A stretch of DNA of 64,000 nt from an uncultured delta proteobacterium (GCA_963715335.1 CAVQRZ010000030.1:14941-78940), one strand, 5' to 3'; counted from the stretch's first letter, positions 18,965-29,726 are shown. Numbers and translations: made by a program. The notes: a model not told the origin generated them from the letters alone.

Positions 18965-20917
18965 TTATCTTTCGCACAGCCAGTAAAAACCGAATCGTGG
19001 AATCACCAGGCTGTTTTTGAAAACGTCCGGACTTTCACCGCGATACAGGTCAACCAGGGAGCGGTATTGAGTTCCCCAATTCCCCAGGTTTTCGAGGTTG
19101 AGGTGCTGCGGCTTGTTGCTGAAGTTGGCTACGACCAGAACCTTTTCATTCTGCTTTTGCAGATGATAGCGACCGAACACAAACAGGTGCGGGTTTTCGA
19201 CTTCGAGCAGTTCGCGGTTGTTGAAATCTGCGAACACGGCGATTTCTTTACGGACCGCAATCATTCTCTTTAAGGCACTGAAAATTTCATACTCGACGCT
19301 TCCAGGCGTGTTCCTGCGCTCCGCCTTATCCCAGTCGATAGAAGGCCTGTGGATCCAGCGCGTGTCCCCTTTTTTATAGGGGTCGTCCCGGTAGGAATCG
19401 TCGTTCAGGGTGCCGATCTCATCCCCGTAGTAAAGCAGCGGGATGCCGCCGAACGACATAACCATGCCGTGCAGCAGCAGAATCAGCTTGATCGAATCGG
19501 CGATCGCCTGGTTATCGCCGGTTTCCAGGGCGTGCTCCAACCCGACCAGTGAGGCGAGAGAGCCGGAAATGCGTGTGTCGCCGGTCTTGGCGTTCTGTCC
19601 GAATGGGAGCCCGCGGGCGTGGGAGTGGTCGAACTTGCCGGTGAAGTAATCGACCAAAAATTTCCGGTGTCTGGTTGGTTCGTAGTCGCAGAGCAGGATG
19701 TCCCGGTCGTCAAAACCGAGCCCGATGTCATCGTGACAGCGGACGTAGTTGAGCCAGGTGGCCCTTTCCAGTTTGACCGGCAGGTTTTTGATCCCCTGGT
19801 TCAGCAGGCGGGCATTCTTGGTCGCTACTGCGTCCCAGAGCAGCGCCATGAAAGTGGCGTTGTAGGCGATCTCACATTCCTTGGCGATAACCGCATCTTC
19901 GCCAAAGTATTTGATTACCTCCAACGGTGCGACGATCGCTTCAGCGATGAAGACAACGCCCGGTGCGCTGACCTGGCAACAGTCTTTGAGTAGCTGCAGG
20001 ATAAGATGGGCTTCACGCTCATTCTGACAAGTGCTGCCGATTTTTTTCCACAAGAAAGCCACAGCATCGAGCCGCAGGATATCGGCTCCCTGGTTGGCCC
20101 AGAAGAGGATGATGTTGAGCATCTCGATAAAAACTGCCGGGTTGCTGTAATTGAGATCCCACTGGAAATCGTTGAAGACAGTCATCACCCAGCGGCCCAT
20201 CTCTTCATCCCAGGTGAAATTGCCCGGTGCGGTCTCCGGAAAAATTTCCGGCATGCTATGTTCGAACATGTCCGGCACATTGCGTGTTTCGAAGCTGTAG
20301 TAATAGTCCTGATATTTTTTCTCTCCGGCCCTGGCGCGAGTCGCCCAGTAATGTTTGTTGGAGGTGTGGTTGACGACGACATCAAGCACCAACAGGATGT
20401 CGCGAGTGCGCATCTCGTCAGCCAGCTGCCTGACATCCTCCAAGGTGCCGACCTCCGGGTCGATTTCGCGAAAATCACTGACCGCATAACCGCCGTCGCT
20501 ACTCCCTTCCGGGCAGCGCATGATCGGCATCACATGCACCATGTTGATGCCCAGCTCCTGGAAATAGTGCAAGCGTTTTTGCAGCTCCGGCAGGGTGCCG
20601 GCAAAACCCTTGCAGTAAAGGGCCATCCCGACCCATTGCTGGTTGAGAAACCAGTTGTAATTCTTTTCCCGTTCGAGATCGAGTTGGCGCAACTTTTCCG
20701 GGCGTTTGATATATTGCCGGGCCATGGTTTCGACCAGCTGCTGAGCCTGCTTGGTGAAATCGTCCCGGTCTCCGTAGAGTCTTTGAAACAGCGAGTGAAT
20801 GCCGTAAAAGTTGGCTCCCAGCCGGGTGTAGAAATGCCTCAGATCCTGCTCCGAGATCTCCGGTTTGATACGGTTGAGGATGTCGTTCAGAAGTGTGTGG
20901 GAAACCTGTTCGTACAT
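18965..20917 (-). CDS. Amylosucrase / sucrose hydrolase (GH13)
   Basis: SDGGYAVSD, QWDLNY, RLDAVAFLWK, AEAIV, YVRCHDDIG. Confidence 0.88.
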   Translation of the reverse strand: MYEQVSHTLLNDILNRIKPEISEQDLRHFYTRLGANFYGIHSLFQRLYGDRDDFTKQAQQLVETMARQYIKRPEKLRQLDLEREKNYNWFLNQQWVGMALYCKGFAGTLPELQKRLHYFQELGINMVHVMPIMRCPEGSSDGGYAVSDFREIDPEVGTLEDVRQLADEMRTRDILLVLDVVVNHTSNKHYWATRARAGEKKYQDYYYSFETRNVPDMFEHSMPEIFPETAPGNFTWDEEMGRWVMTVFNDFQWDLNYSNPAVFIEMLNIILFWANQGADILRLDAVAFLWKKIGSTCQNEREAHLILQLLKDCCQVSAPGVVFIAEAIVAPLEVIKYFGEDAVIAKECEIAYNATFMALLWDAVATKNARLLNQGIKNLPVKLERATWLNYVRCHDDIGLGFDDRDILLCDYEPTRHRKFLVDYFTGKFDHSHARGLPFGQNAKTGDTRISGSLASLVGLEHALETGDNQAIADSIKLILLLHGMVMSFGGIPLLYYGDEIGTLNDDSYRDDPYKKGDTRWIHRPSIDWDKAERRNTPGSVEYEIFSALKRMIAVRKEIAVFADFNNRELLEVENPHLFVFGRYHLQKQNEKVLVVANFSNKPQHLNLENLGNWGTQYRSLVDLYRGESPDVFKNSLVIPRFGFYWLCER

Positions 20918-20960
20918 AAGCTGCCTTAACCTCGGTTGCTGAGATAGTGGTCTGTTTTAC

Positions 20961-21857
20961 TCAGTCACTATTGACAGAAAGAAACGTTGCAAAGCCCTGA
21001 TAGAACGCCGCATCGGTGGTCGTTGCACCACGTACTCCAATCACTTTGCTTGCGAACTTTTGCGCATTTGCAAGTATGGTCGTGATCGGCCACCCCGCCC
21101 GCAGGCCGTAGATATACACCGCGCTGAAGGCATCGCCGGCACCGACGGTATCGACCAGTTGCTCAGCTTTTTCCGGCCGATGGGAATGAAATTCACCATC
21201 GACGGTTCTGACCAGGGCGCCTTGATCGCCGCGGGTGACAATTAGCTGCTCCAGCCCGCAAGCTGTCTGCAGCCCTGCCATCTGCTGGTGGATATCGGTT
21301 GCAGTCGCCCCGAGCAGCCGCAGTTCCTCCTGATTCATTTTCACCCAATCGGCATTTTTTAGCCAGTCGAAGACTTCATCCCGCTGCCACCAGGGTGGCC
21401 TCAGGTTAACATCGAAAAATATTTTTAAATTCTTGTTGCAACGGAGTTTTCTCAATGTATCACAGGCCCTCAGGTTGCGCAGGCAAAGGGTCCCATGATA
21501 GAGAATGCCGGTCATAATTGGTCCGCCCAGCTGATCTGCTGAGATGAAGTCGTAGGCGCTGTCGGCAACGATATCGTAACTTGGTTCCCCGTTGGTGATC
21601 GTCACCTCAACCCGACCAGTTGGGTGTAGCTCATCGATCTGAACGGCCGCGGTATCCATCCCCCAGTTGTCCATCGCCCGCAGAATCCTGTTGCCGCACT
21701 CATCGTTTCCGATCCGTGAAATGAACCGGGGTTTCTCGCCGAAAGCCTGCAGGTGCCAGGCGACATTGAACGGCGCGCCGCCGAGAACCTGTGCCCCGGT
21801 CGGAAAGCAGTCGAACAGCGCTTCGCCAAAAATGTAGAGTTGTCCACGATTCTTCAT
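20961..21857 (-). CDS. PfkB-family carbohydrate kinase (fructokinase)
   Basis: GGAPFNVA, FDVNLR, DTVGAGDAF. Confidence 0.9.
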   Translation of the reverse strand: MKNRGQLYIFGEALFDCFPTGAQVLGGAPFNVAWHLQAFGEKPRFISRIGNDECGNRILRAMDNWGMDTAAVQIDELHPTGRVEVTITNGEPSYDIVADSAYDFISADQLGGPIMTGILYHGTLCLRNLRACDTLRKLRCNKNLKIFFDVNLRPPWWQRDEVFDWLKNADWVKMNQEELRLLGATATDIHQQMAGLQTACGLEQLIVTRGDQGALVRTVDGEFHSHRPEKAEQLVDTVGAGDAFSAVYIYGLRAGWPITTILANAQKFASKVIGVRGATTTDAAFYQGFATFLSVNSD

Positions 21858-22699
21858 GGCACCGCCAGTTTCTTTCCAATCTCGGGGCAATAATACGTAA
21901 CCCCTTGCAAAACCCCGGCGCTGTAATCCCCGCCCAGGGGAAAGTCGTCCTGTTGCGCCAGAAAGAGGGTTTCTGCACAACCGTTCTGCTTGGCCAGCTG
22001 TAGCGCCTGTTGTTTGATCTCCGGCTCAGCATTGGCGACCAGAATCGACCGGATTGAACTGCCCAGCACCGGCAAATCGTTGCCGCTGTCACCGGCAAAG
22101 ATGACCTCCTGCGGGCCGTATCCCAAATACTGTTGCAGGAATTCGATGCCGTGCAATTTGGTTGCGTTGCGTGGCAGCACATCGAGCAGGCCAACCTGTT
22201 CCGGTTCGTCGATACTCCAGATCAAACTGGCGGCTACGCCCATCTGAGTCAATTGCTGGGCGACCTGCTGGAGGAGCTTGTCCCGATCTGCCGCCAGTGG
22301 CAGGTAATAGCTTAACTTGAAGCTGTTTTGCTTGCTCGGTTCCTGCAGTGTCAATCCCGGGAACCTGCTGAGTGCCTGCTGTAATTGGTCATGGCTTTTC
22401 CCCTGCCAGTCACCGGCGATCTGCTTTTGCCAGGCGCGTATTTCAGTCCATTCTGCCTGCTCCCGGCAATAGATTTTTGTGCCGACATCAGTAATCGCAT
22501 AGTCTGGTTTAGGCAGCTGGTAGTCAGCAATCGCCTGTTCGACCAATTGGAGGTGCCGCCCGGTCACGTAAACCAGTTTAACCTCTGCTAATTCGCAAAG
22601 TTGCCGGAAATGTTCACGGGCCTGCGGGTGTTCCGGCTGGCGCCCGTTGGGGATAATCGTTCGGTCCATGTCGGTACAAAGGAGTAATCTATTTGTCAT
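21854..22699 (-). CDS. spp: Sucrose-phosphate phosphatase-like HAD-IIB hydrolase
   Basis: CTDMDRT, VTGR, FAGDSGND; adjacent to sps. Confidence 0.85.
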   Translation of the reverse strand: MTNRLLLCTDMDRTIIPNGRQPEHPQAREHFRQLCELAEVKLVYVTGRHLQLVEQAIADYQLPKPDYAITDVGTKIYCREQAEWTEIRAWQKQIAGDWQGKSHDQLQQALSRFPGLTLQEPSKQNSFKLSYYLPLAADRDKLLQQVAQQLTQMGVAASLIWSIDEPEQVGLLDVLPRNATKLHGIEFLQQYLGYGPQEVIFAGDSGNDLPVLGSSIRSILVANAEPEIKQQALQLAKQNGCAETLFLAQQDDFPLGGDYSAGVLQGVTYYCPEIGKKLAVP

Positions 22700-24857
22700 G
22701 GGCCTGTCCCGTTTCCCGCGGATCTTTGCAGCTGCCGAAGAAATCGTAAAAATCGAGCGCTTCAAGAATCCCAGCGGCATTCGGCCGCCGGGAAAAATAG
22801 ATTCGTTCAATATCGATCAGCTGCGAGAGCTCTTCATGATGTCGGTTTGCAACCACCGCCGCCAGGGTGTTGCCGCGCATCATATCTTCGTCGGCGCCTG
22901 AGCCGCCAGCGACGAAGACCGCTTCCAGCGGGATGTGCAGTTGCTCGACGACATAGCGTAGTGCCATCCCTTTGGATGCGCGCAGCGGGAGGATATCGAG
23001 AAATTGTCCGAACGCAGCCTGTACGAAAACGGCTTGCTCTTCCCGGTGCAGCAGCTGCTTGATCTCTTCAATCTCGGTTTGCTCCGGGTCGATATAATAA
23101 CTCAGTTTGAAGCGGCTCTGCTCGATGCTGGGCTGCGTCTTCAGGCCGGGAAAGCCGGTCAGCAGCTTCCTTACGATTCGCGGCGACCAGTGATAATCGA
23201 TATGCCGGGCCCAGGCTGTATCGGCGGTCAGTTCCGGGGCTCGACAGATCTCTGTGCCGCTGCTGGTGATCAGCACATCCGGCTCAGGAATTCGGTGTTT
23301 CTTCATCAGTTTCAACGCCGAATCGAGGCGCCGGCCGGTGGCGATGATAAAGTAACTGCTTTTGCGTTTTTGTCGAAGGAGTTCAACCAGTTCATTGAGG
23401 GAGCGATCGTCACCGATCAGGTTCTGGTCGAGATCGCTGACAATTGCCCGGTCGCGATACAGGCCGGTCCGGCGTCGGACCGGTTGGCGCAGCAACGGCT
23501 CTGAACGTTCGGCGACCGGCTTGATGATCTTGCAGTAACGCTTTGCGTGGGCCTCCCAGGAATAGTTTTTTTGCACCCCGCGCACCCCCTGGATGGAACA
23601 TTGCTGCCACAAGTCTCGATCGCCAAGCAGCTTCAACAGTGCTGCGATGATTGTTCCCGGTTCCAGGGGGTCGATCAGAAAGCCGTTTTTGCAGTTGCTG
23701 ATGATATCCTTAGGCCCGCCATCCTCCGTGGCGACAATCGGCAATCCGCAGGCTGCCGCCTCAATCAGTGTCAAGCCGAAAGGCTCCGTCAGCGCCGGGT
23801 TAACGAAGACGCCACCGGAGGCCGTTGCGATCCGGTAAATCATCGCTACCTGGTCGCGCTGATGATGTTTCGGCATGGTCACTTTGCCATAAAGATCGTA
23901 GCGGTCGATCGCGACCAGGAGTTCATGAAAGACCTCTTGGGCGCCCTCTTCGAGATCATCGATGTCATCACGGTTCCCGGCAATAATTAACAGGTTAGCC
24001 AACTCCTGGAGCTGCGGGGATTGGCCGAAAGCATCTATCAGTGCACTGATGTTTTTGCGCCGGTCAGGTCGGGACAAGGCTAGAACAATTGGCTTGTCCG
24101 GATTTTTGAGGTGGCAGGTCAAATCCTTGAACAGGGGAGCCTGTAATTCATCGCCGCTCGGCGGCGTGAACTGGTTGAGGTTCGTTCCCGGTGGGACAAC
24201 GCGCATCTGATCCGGATGATAGTGGTCATAAAGCTCATACTGCTCGGCAATTTCCTGGTGAGTGCTGGTAATCACCCGTTCTGCGGTTGCCAGGGTCTGT
24301 TCCTCTGCTTCAATCCGCCGGCTCATATGGAAGCGTTTTTCGATCTCCTGTGCGTTCAGTCCGCTTGCCATGAGACGGCTACGCTTAACGCGGCCGAGGG
24401 AATGGCCGGTATGGATCAGCGGAATTCCCAGCAGGTTGGCCAGGTGTGAGCCGACGTAACCAGCGTCGGCGTAATGGCTGTGAATAATGTCTGGAAAAGA
24501 GTTGCTGTCACGAAAAAAGCTGGTCAGGTTGTCGGTAAAGAAATCGAGATGATCCCATAGCTCTTCTTTCGCCAGATATTCCTTTGGTCCTGCGTCAATC
24601 CGTATGATGCGAAGATTGTCGGCGAGTGTTTCTACCGGCTTCTCATAGTCAGCCGAAAGGTTTTTATCCGTCACCCGCTGAGTGATCAGGTCTACCTTGC
24701 TGATACCGGGTTGCATGGCCAGCGCTTGGGCAAGTTCTACCACGTAGAGCGTTTGTCCGCCGGTATCTGCATCGCGGCCCAGTTCGAGATTGTGCCAACG
24801 AATCAAGCCGTGAATACTTAACAAGGCGATGTAGAGTCCACCAGCCTTTTGAGCCAT
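22689..24857 (-). CDS. sps: Sucrose-phosphate synthase (GT-B plus HAD domain)
   Basis: LELGRDADTGGQ, HSHYADAG, TGHSLG, NPALTEPFGLTLIEAAA, C-terminal SDLDQNL. Confidence 0.93.
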   Translation of the reverse strand: MAQKAGGLYIALLSIHGLIRWHNLELGRDADTGGQTLYVVELAQALAMQPGISKVDLITQRVTDKNLSADYEKPVETLADNLRIIRIDAGPKEYLAKEELWDHLDFFTDNLTSFFRDSNSFPDIIHSHYADAGYVGSHLANLLGIPLIHTGHSLGRVKRSRLMASGLNAQEIEKRFHMSRRIEAEEQTLATAERVITSTHQEIAEQYELYDHYHPDQMRVVPPGTNLNQFTPPSGDELQAPLFKDLTCHLKNPDKPIVLALSRPDRRKNISALIDAFGQSPQLQELANLLIIAGNRDDIDDLEEGAQEVFHELLVAIDRYDLYGKVTMPKHHQRDQVAMIYRIATASGGVFVNPALTEPFGLTLIEAAACGLPIVATEDGGPKDIISNCKNGFLIDPLEPGTIIAALLKLLGDRDLWQQCSIQGVRGVQKNYSWEAHAKRYCKIIKPVAERSEPLLRQPVRRRTGLYRDRAIVSDLDQNLIGDDRSLNELVELLRQKRKSSYFIIATGRRLDSALKLMKKHRIPEPDVLITSSGTEICRAPELTADTAWARHIDYHWSPRIVRKLLTGFPGLKTQPSIEQSRFKLSYYIDPEQTEIEEIKQLLHREEQAVFVQAAFGQFLDILPLRASKGMALRYVVEQLHIPLEAVFVAGGSGADEDMMRGNTLAAVVANRHHEELSQLIDIERIYFSRRPNAAGILEALDFYDFFGSCKDPRETGQAHDK

Positions 24858-25220
24858 TTTATTCCCGTAGTTGTTTTTTAGGTCGATTCAGCAAAACAAA
24901 AAAGACTTGGAATGCTCGACTGTTATATCTCCAACACTGCATTACGGACAGCGATATCTCGCGAGTACATCTACATAAATGTTACCGCACCTTGTTGATT
25001 GATCCAGAGAAAACATAAAATTGTCCCCAATTTTGAATTTGGATTTAAGTTGCCAGCCACCCAAAATTAACTGGGAGAGCTACTTAAAATTGCCTTTCAG
25101 GGCCAGGAGGCCACTATTCCGAGCTGCCAATGTAATGACTTTCAAAATGGTCTTGGAAGTCAACACATTTGCACGGGACACATATGCAAAAGTGTCCGTT
25201 TAAAACATACGGTTCAGAAA

Positions 25221-25254
25221 TAAAAAGACCCGGTCAATCGACCGGGTCTTTTTT
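25221..25254. terminator. Bidirectional terminator
   Basis: AAAAAGACCCGGTC-AATC-GACCGGGTCTTTTT. Confidence 0.8.
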
Positions 25255-25275
25255 CCCAAAATTATGTCCTGCTCC

Positions 25276-25404
25276 CTAAAATCGCAACCAGAGCAAGAAA
25301 GAGACGCTGATGATTGTCATGGTGCTCCCCGCAACCAGGTAAAGCAGGGTATCCAGAACGTTGATCTGTCCACTATTTTTCCGGTCCTCCGAAAAATTCG
25401 GCAT
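25276..25404 (-). CDS. Small 42-aa single-TM protein
   Basis: MPNFSEDRKNSGQINVLDTLLYLVAGSTMTIISVSFLLWLRF; AAGGAG RBS; followed by a terminator. Confidence 0.6.
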   Translation of the reverse strand: MPNFSEDRKNSGQINVLDTLLYLVAGSTMTIISVSFLLWLRF

Positions 25405-25625
25405 AAGCTCTCCTTATCTTTACCTTTTGACAATATAGCCCAATTCGGCCAGGGCATTGATAAACACAGCAATGCTTGTGCCAAAAAAATAAAAAATTCA
25501 TCCTTCTTGGTAACTGTCCGTAAATACTCTAAAAATAAGTTTTCAAAGCTCTTGCAGGCGAAGGCACGTTCGAGAACCTTGGTTAAATGGCGAAGCGAGA
25601 GTGAGGGTTTTGCCGGTTGGCTGAT

Positions 25626-25895
25626 TTAAGGGCGATCCATCTTGTGGCAGAAGAGACAGCGATATTTAGCCGGATGACCTTCAGGAAAAGGAACCGCGTC
25701 CTTGTTGTGGCATTCTTCGCAGAACTTCTCCGCGGCTTTTTTCCCATCGGCCTTGAGGATATCGTAAAAACGCTTATGATCTTCATCGTAGGGGACGCGA
25801 CTGGTCGATTCCGGTGGAGCCTGCCAGAGGAACGCGAGGATCACGACAGCGATTCCGACCAGTAAAAAATCACGTTTTTTGAGGGCGAGAGCCAT
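25626..25895 (-). CDS. Small membrane-anchored diheme cytochrome c
   Basis: N-terminal TM helix, CEECH and CLFCH. Confidence 0.82.
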   Translation of the reverse strand: MALALKKRDFLLVGIAVVILAFLWQAPPESTSRVPYDEDHKRFYDILKADGKKAAEKFCEECHNKDAVPFPEGHPAKYRCLFCHKMDRP

Positions 25896-26030
25896 GGAAA
25901 CCCCTGGTTTCAAATTGTTTCTTCGGATAATGCCGCCGCTCTGCTACCTGCGCAACAGGGTCAAAGATAGCATTAGTTCACGAACACTGCAATATCTAGA
26001 GAAAATTCGTTTGGAGCGGGCCTAAAAATA

Positions 26031-26366
26031 TTATTCGCTACGGATGAAGAGGAGATAGATTGCTATGAACACGATCAAGGTGCCGCCGCCGACCAGAACC
26101 ATCAGGGCGTCGGTCGGCATGCCGCTTTCCAGGGAGACTCCCCTCGACAGGGTATAGCCGAGCAGGTAGATGAATCCGGTGATTGTCATGACCACGACCA
26201 GCAACAGGCGCCAGCGCATCAGATATGCAATGACAGCGGTAACGCCGACCCCCGCAAGGAAGTATGGGTGCTCCATGATGGTCTTGAGGTCCATGGCCTT
26301 GACGAAGGCCATAACCTTGGTTGTTTCGAACTGTTTTATGAATTCAATGGCAGAGCTGAAATCCAT
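26031..26366 (-). CDS. Hypothetical membrane protein
   Basis: 111 aa, three hydrophobic helices, GGAGG RBS. Confidence 0.75.
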   Translation of the reverse strand: MDFSSAIEFIKQFETTKVMAFVKAMDLKTIMEHPYFLAGVGVTAVIAYLMRWRLLLVVVMTITGFIYLLGYTLSRGVSLESGMPTDALMVLVGGGTLIVFIAIYLLFIRSE

Positions 26367-26526
26367 CGGTCCCCTCCAGAAACTGCAGTGCCGGCATCAA
26401 TTTTTCCGACTTCCCATGATACCATTTTTTCAGAAAGTGACAACGGCAAAAAACCGCCATAATTCTTGACTTTTTCCGTCGTGCTCAATAGAGTAACCCC
26501 CTGCTGATCCTAGAGAAGAGAGGGCT

Positions 26527-27333
26527 TTGAAAGTGCCGGAACGTGCCATCGGAGTGTTTGATTCAGGGGTTGGCGGGCTGACCGTACTGAGGGCCTTGCG
26601 CCAGCGGGTCCCTGGCGAGTTGCTCGTATACCTCGGTGACACGGCGCGGGTGCCGTACGGGACAAAGAGCTCTCCGACCGTAATGCGTTACGCGCACGAA
26701 GCCGCACGCTTTCTGCTTGCCCAGCGGGTCAAGCTGCTGGTGGTCGCCTGCAATACCGCTTCGGCGGTTGCCATCGACGAGCTGATAGAAAGGTACCAGG
26801 TGCCGGTCATCGGTGTCATTCAGCCTGGGGCCAAACGTGCCCTGGAGGTGACCCGCAACGGTCGGATTGGTGTCGTCGGGACTGAAGGGACGATCCGTTC
26901 CGGGGCCTATGACCGTGTCCTGCGGGAAAGCCGCCCGGATATCATCGTCCACACGGCGGCCTGCCCACTATTCGTGCCGATCGCCGAAGAAGGCTGGTCC
27001 CGCCACGAAGTTGCCCGCCTCGCTGCCCGTGAGTACCTGGCCCCGTTGCTCGACAAAGGCATTGATACGCTGGTGCTTGGCTGCACCCATTACCCGTTGC
27101 TGAAAAAGACTCTGCAGGAGGTGGTCGGCCCCGATGTGCAGCTGGTCGACTCGGCACAGGAAACAGCGAAGGCCGTCAAGCTTCGGCTCGAACAGGACCA
27201 GTTGCTGCAGCCCGCTGCCACTGCGCAACCTCCATGCTATTACGTGACGGACATTCCGGATCGTTTCGTACGGGTTGGCGGCGCCTTTCTCGGAGAGGAG
27301 CTGAAGGATGTCAAAACTGTCGTTTTGGATTGA
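26527..27333 (+). CDS. murI: Glutamate racemase
   Basis: FDSGVGGLTV, VACNTAS, LGCTHYP. Confidence 0.96.
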   Translation: MKVPERAIGVFDSGVGGLTVLRALRQRVPGELLVYLGDTARVPYGTKSSPTVMRYAHEAARFLLAQRVKLLVVACNTASAVAIDELIERYQVPVIGVIQPGAKRALEVTRNGRIGVVGTEGTIRSGAYDRVLRESRPDIIVHTAACPLFVPIAEEGWSRHEVARLAAREYLAPLLDKGIDTLVLGCTHYPLLKKTLQEVVGPDVQLVDSAQETAKAVKLRLEQDQLLQPAATAQPPCYYVTDIPDRFVRVGGAFLGEELKDVKTVVLD

Positions 27334-27336
27334 ATC

Positions 27337-27978
27337 ATGAGCGAAAGAGATCGTCAGGTGCAGAAGCAGAAGCCGCTTGGCAAGCGGCTGGTGCCATGGC
27401 TTATCCTCGTTGTTGCCCTGTTTGTTGTCGGTCTAGTGATCGGTACCCTGCAAAACGACGAGACGCCGAAAAAAACAGCCCCTGCCGCTGAGGTTTTGCA
27501 GCCGGCGGCGAGGGAGATCGTCCTCTATTTCGCCTCGAGTGACGGCCAGACCCTGGTCGCGGAGTCGCGACAGATCAACGGGTGTGAGCTCGATGAGGAA
27601 TGCTTGAGCGGTGCGGTCCGGGCCCTGATTTCAGGACCGTCGGGAAGTCTGGTGCCGATTGTCCCACCCCGGACGATCTTGCGAAACCTGACTGTAGTCG
27701 ATAGCCTCGTCCAGGTCGATTTCAGCCGGGACCTGATCGATGCCCATCCCGGAGGGACCCAGAGTGAACTGCTCACGGTCTATGGCCTGGCCGATACCCT
27801 GGCAGTCAACTTCCCTCACCTCCGACAGGTTCAGATCCTCGTCGAAGGTGCTCCTGTCGCAACTCTCAAAGGGCATGTCGACCTGCGCCAGCCCGTCTAT
27901 CCAGATTTCAGCTTCGTCGAAGAGGGGGCGGCTCCGATCGGCAGAATGAACAGCCTGCCCGCCGGAGGCGACGAGTGA
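27337..27978 (+). CDS. GerMN-domain protein
   Basis: TM anchor, VLYFAS, ALISGP, VDFS, VQILVEG, GHVDL. Confidence 0.85.
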   Translation: MSERDRQVQKQKPLGKRLVPWLILVVALFVVGLVIGTLQNDETPKKTAPAAEVLQPAAREIVLYFASSDGQTLVAESRQINGCELDEECLSGAVRALISGPSGSLVPIVPPRTILRNLTVVDSLVQVDFSRDLIDAHPGGTQSELLTVYGLADTLAVNFPHLRQVQILVEGAPVATLKGHVDLRQPVYPDFSFVEEGAAPIGRMNSLPAGGDE

Positions 27979-29726
27979 CCAACTTCCACAGGGCGCTCGC
28001 CGACCGGGTCCTGGTCCTGGATGGCGCCATGGGGACTTTGCTTCAGGAACGGGGCCTGCCGCCGGGAGGCTGTCCTGAAGCAATGAACCGGGTTGCAGCC
28101 GACGCGGTCAGCGGCATTCATGCCGAGTACGCTAAGGCAGGGGCCGATATCCTGGTCGCCAACAGTTTTGGCGGCAACCGGGTCAAGTTGGCCAACTACG
28201 GCCTGGACGATGCGGTTGATGAACTGAATCGTCGGGCTGTGGAATTGGCAAGGCAAGCAGGGCACGCCGGAACCTTTGTCGGTGGTGCAGTAGGCCCTAC
28301 AGGACGATTCGTCGAACCGGTCGGTGATGCCGGATTCGATGAAATGATTGACATCTTTGCCGAACAGATCTCCTCTCTCGCCGGTGCCGGTGCCGACCTG
28401 ATCTCTTTTGAAACCTTTCTCGATATCCGTGAACTGCGCGCCGGAATCATTGCCTGCCGCGATGTCTGTGATTTGCCGATTATTGCCCAGATGACTTTCA
28501 ACGATGCAGGGCGTACCGCGCTCGGGACCCCTCCCGCTGCCGCTGCCGTCACCTTGGATGCTCTGGGGGCCGATGTCATCGGCTCCAATTGCGGGCTCGG
28601 TATCGACGGTCTCCATGATGTGCTCGCTGAAATGCGCCAGGTTACACCCCGGCCCTTGATTGCCCAGGCCAATGCCGGCCTGCCTGCCTTTAAGGACGGT
28701 CAAACAATTTTCCCCGGCACGCCGGAGGAGCTGGCGGCCTATCATGAGCGACTGGTCGCCCTCGGTGTGCGTGTCATTGGCGGCTGTTGTGGCATGACCC
28801 CGAAACATATCCGGGCGCTGCGCGCCGTGCTCAATCACTACCCTCAAAGTTGGACGCCACCACCTCGCCGCGCTTTTCTCTCCAGCCGCAGTGCTGTCGC
28901 TGAGTTTGGTGGCAATACTCCCTGTGTACTGATCGGTGAGCGGATTAACCCGACCGGCAAGCAAGGGTATACCGAAGAATTGCGATCAGGGAAAACCGCA
29001 TACATCCACCGTGAGACAGCGTCCCAGGTTGCTGCCGGCGCTGATTTGATCGATGTCAATTGCGGCGCTCCCGGCGTCGATGAGGCCGACGCTCTGGAGC
29101 GGGCAGTCTATGCCGCCTCAGGCGCCAGCTCAGCCCCCCTGGTTATCGATACTTGCGATCCGATTGCCCTGGAGCAGGCTCTTAAAGCTGTCGACGGCAA
29201 GGTTCTGATCAATTCGGTCAGCGGCGAGGCAAAGAGCCTGGCGCGGATTTTGCCGCTCGCCCGGCGCTATGGCGCCGCGTTGATCGGCCTGACTCTCGAT
29301 GAAGGAGGTATCCCAGCAACCGCGGAAGGGCGCGTTGCCGTTGCCCGGCGGATTCACGATGCAGTTCTTGCTGCGGGATTGCCCGAGCAGGATCTGGTGA
29401 TCGACTGTCTGGCCCTGACGGTGTCCGCTGAGCAGAAACGGGCGCTTGAGACCCTGCGCACATTACGTCTGGTGCGGGACCAACTCGGCTTGGCAACGGT
29501 CCTTGGCGTCAGCAATATCTCCTTTGGGTTGCCGTCCCGCCCGATCCTCTCTTCGGTGTTTTTTGCCATGGCCTTGGAAGCCGGTCTCAAGCTTGCGATC
29601 ATCAATCCAAAGGATGAGCGAATGATGGATGCGTACTGTTCGGCGATGGTCCTGCTCGGCCATGATCCGCGGGCCGAAAGCTACATAACCGGTTATGCCG
29701 ACCGGGTCATGCCCGCACAGCCTTGA
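27975..29726 (+). CDS. metH: Methionine synthase-like protein, homocysteine-binding and pterin-binding domains only
   Basis: LDGAMGT, GSNC, GGCCG, IGERINPTG, GVSNISFG; stops before the cobalamin-binding domain. Confidence 0.8.
   Translation: MTNFHRALADRVLVLDGAMGTLLQERGLPPGGCPEAMNRVAADAVSGIHAEYAKAGADILVANSFGGNRVKLANYGLDDAVDELNRRAVELARQAGHAGTFVGGAVGPTGRFVEPVGDAGFDEMIDIFAEQISSLAGAGADLISFETFLDIRELRAGIIACRDVCDLPIIAQMTFNDAGRTALGTPPAAAAVTLDALGADVIGSNCGLGIDGLHDVLAEMRQVTPRPLIAQANAGLPAFKDGQTIFPGTPEELAAYHERLVALGVRVIGGCCGMTPKHIRALRAVLNHYPQSWTPPPRRAFLSSRSAVAEFGGNTPCVLIGERINPTGKQGYTEELRSGKTAYIHRETASQVAAGADLIDVNCGAPGVDEADALERAVYAASGASSAPLVIDTCDPIALEQALKAVDGKVLINSVSGEAKSLARILPLARRYGAALIGLTLDEGGIPATAEGRVAVARRIHDAVLAAGLPEQDLVIDCLALTVSAEQKRALETLRTLRLVRDQLGLATVLGVSNISFGLPSRPILSSVFFAMALEAGLKLAIINPKDERMMDAYCSAMVLLGHDPRAESYITGYADRVMPAQP

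Noticed and set aside
29724..29726. Selenocysteine readthrough of the metH TGA
   Set aside because: Only 14 codons follow before a TAG, the position is not a catalytic Cys, and no SECIS hairpin is evident.
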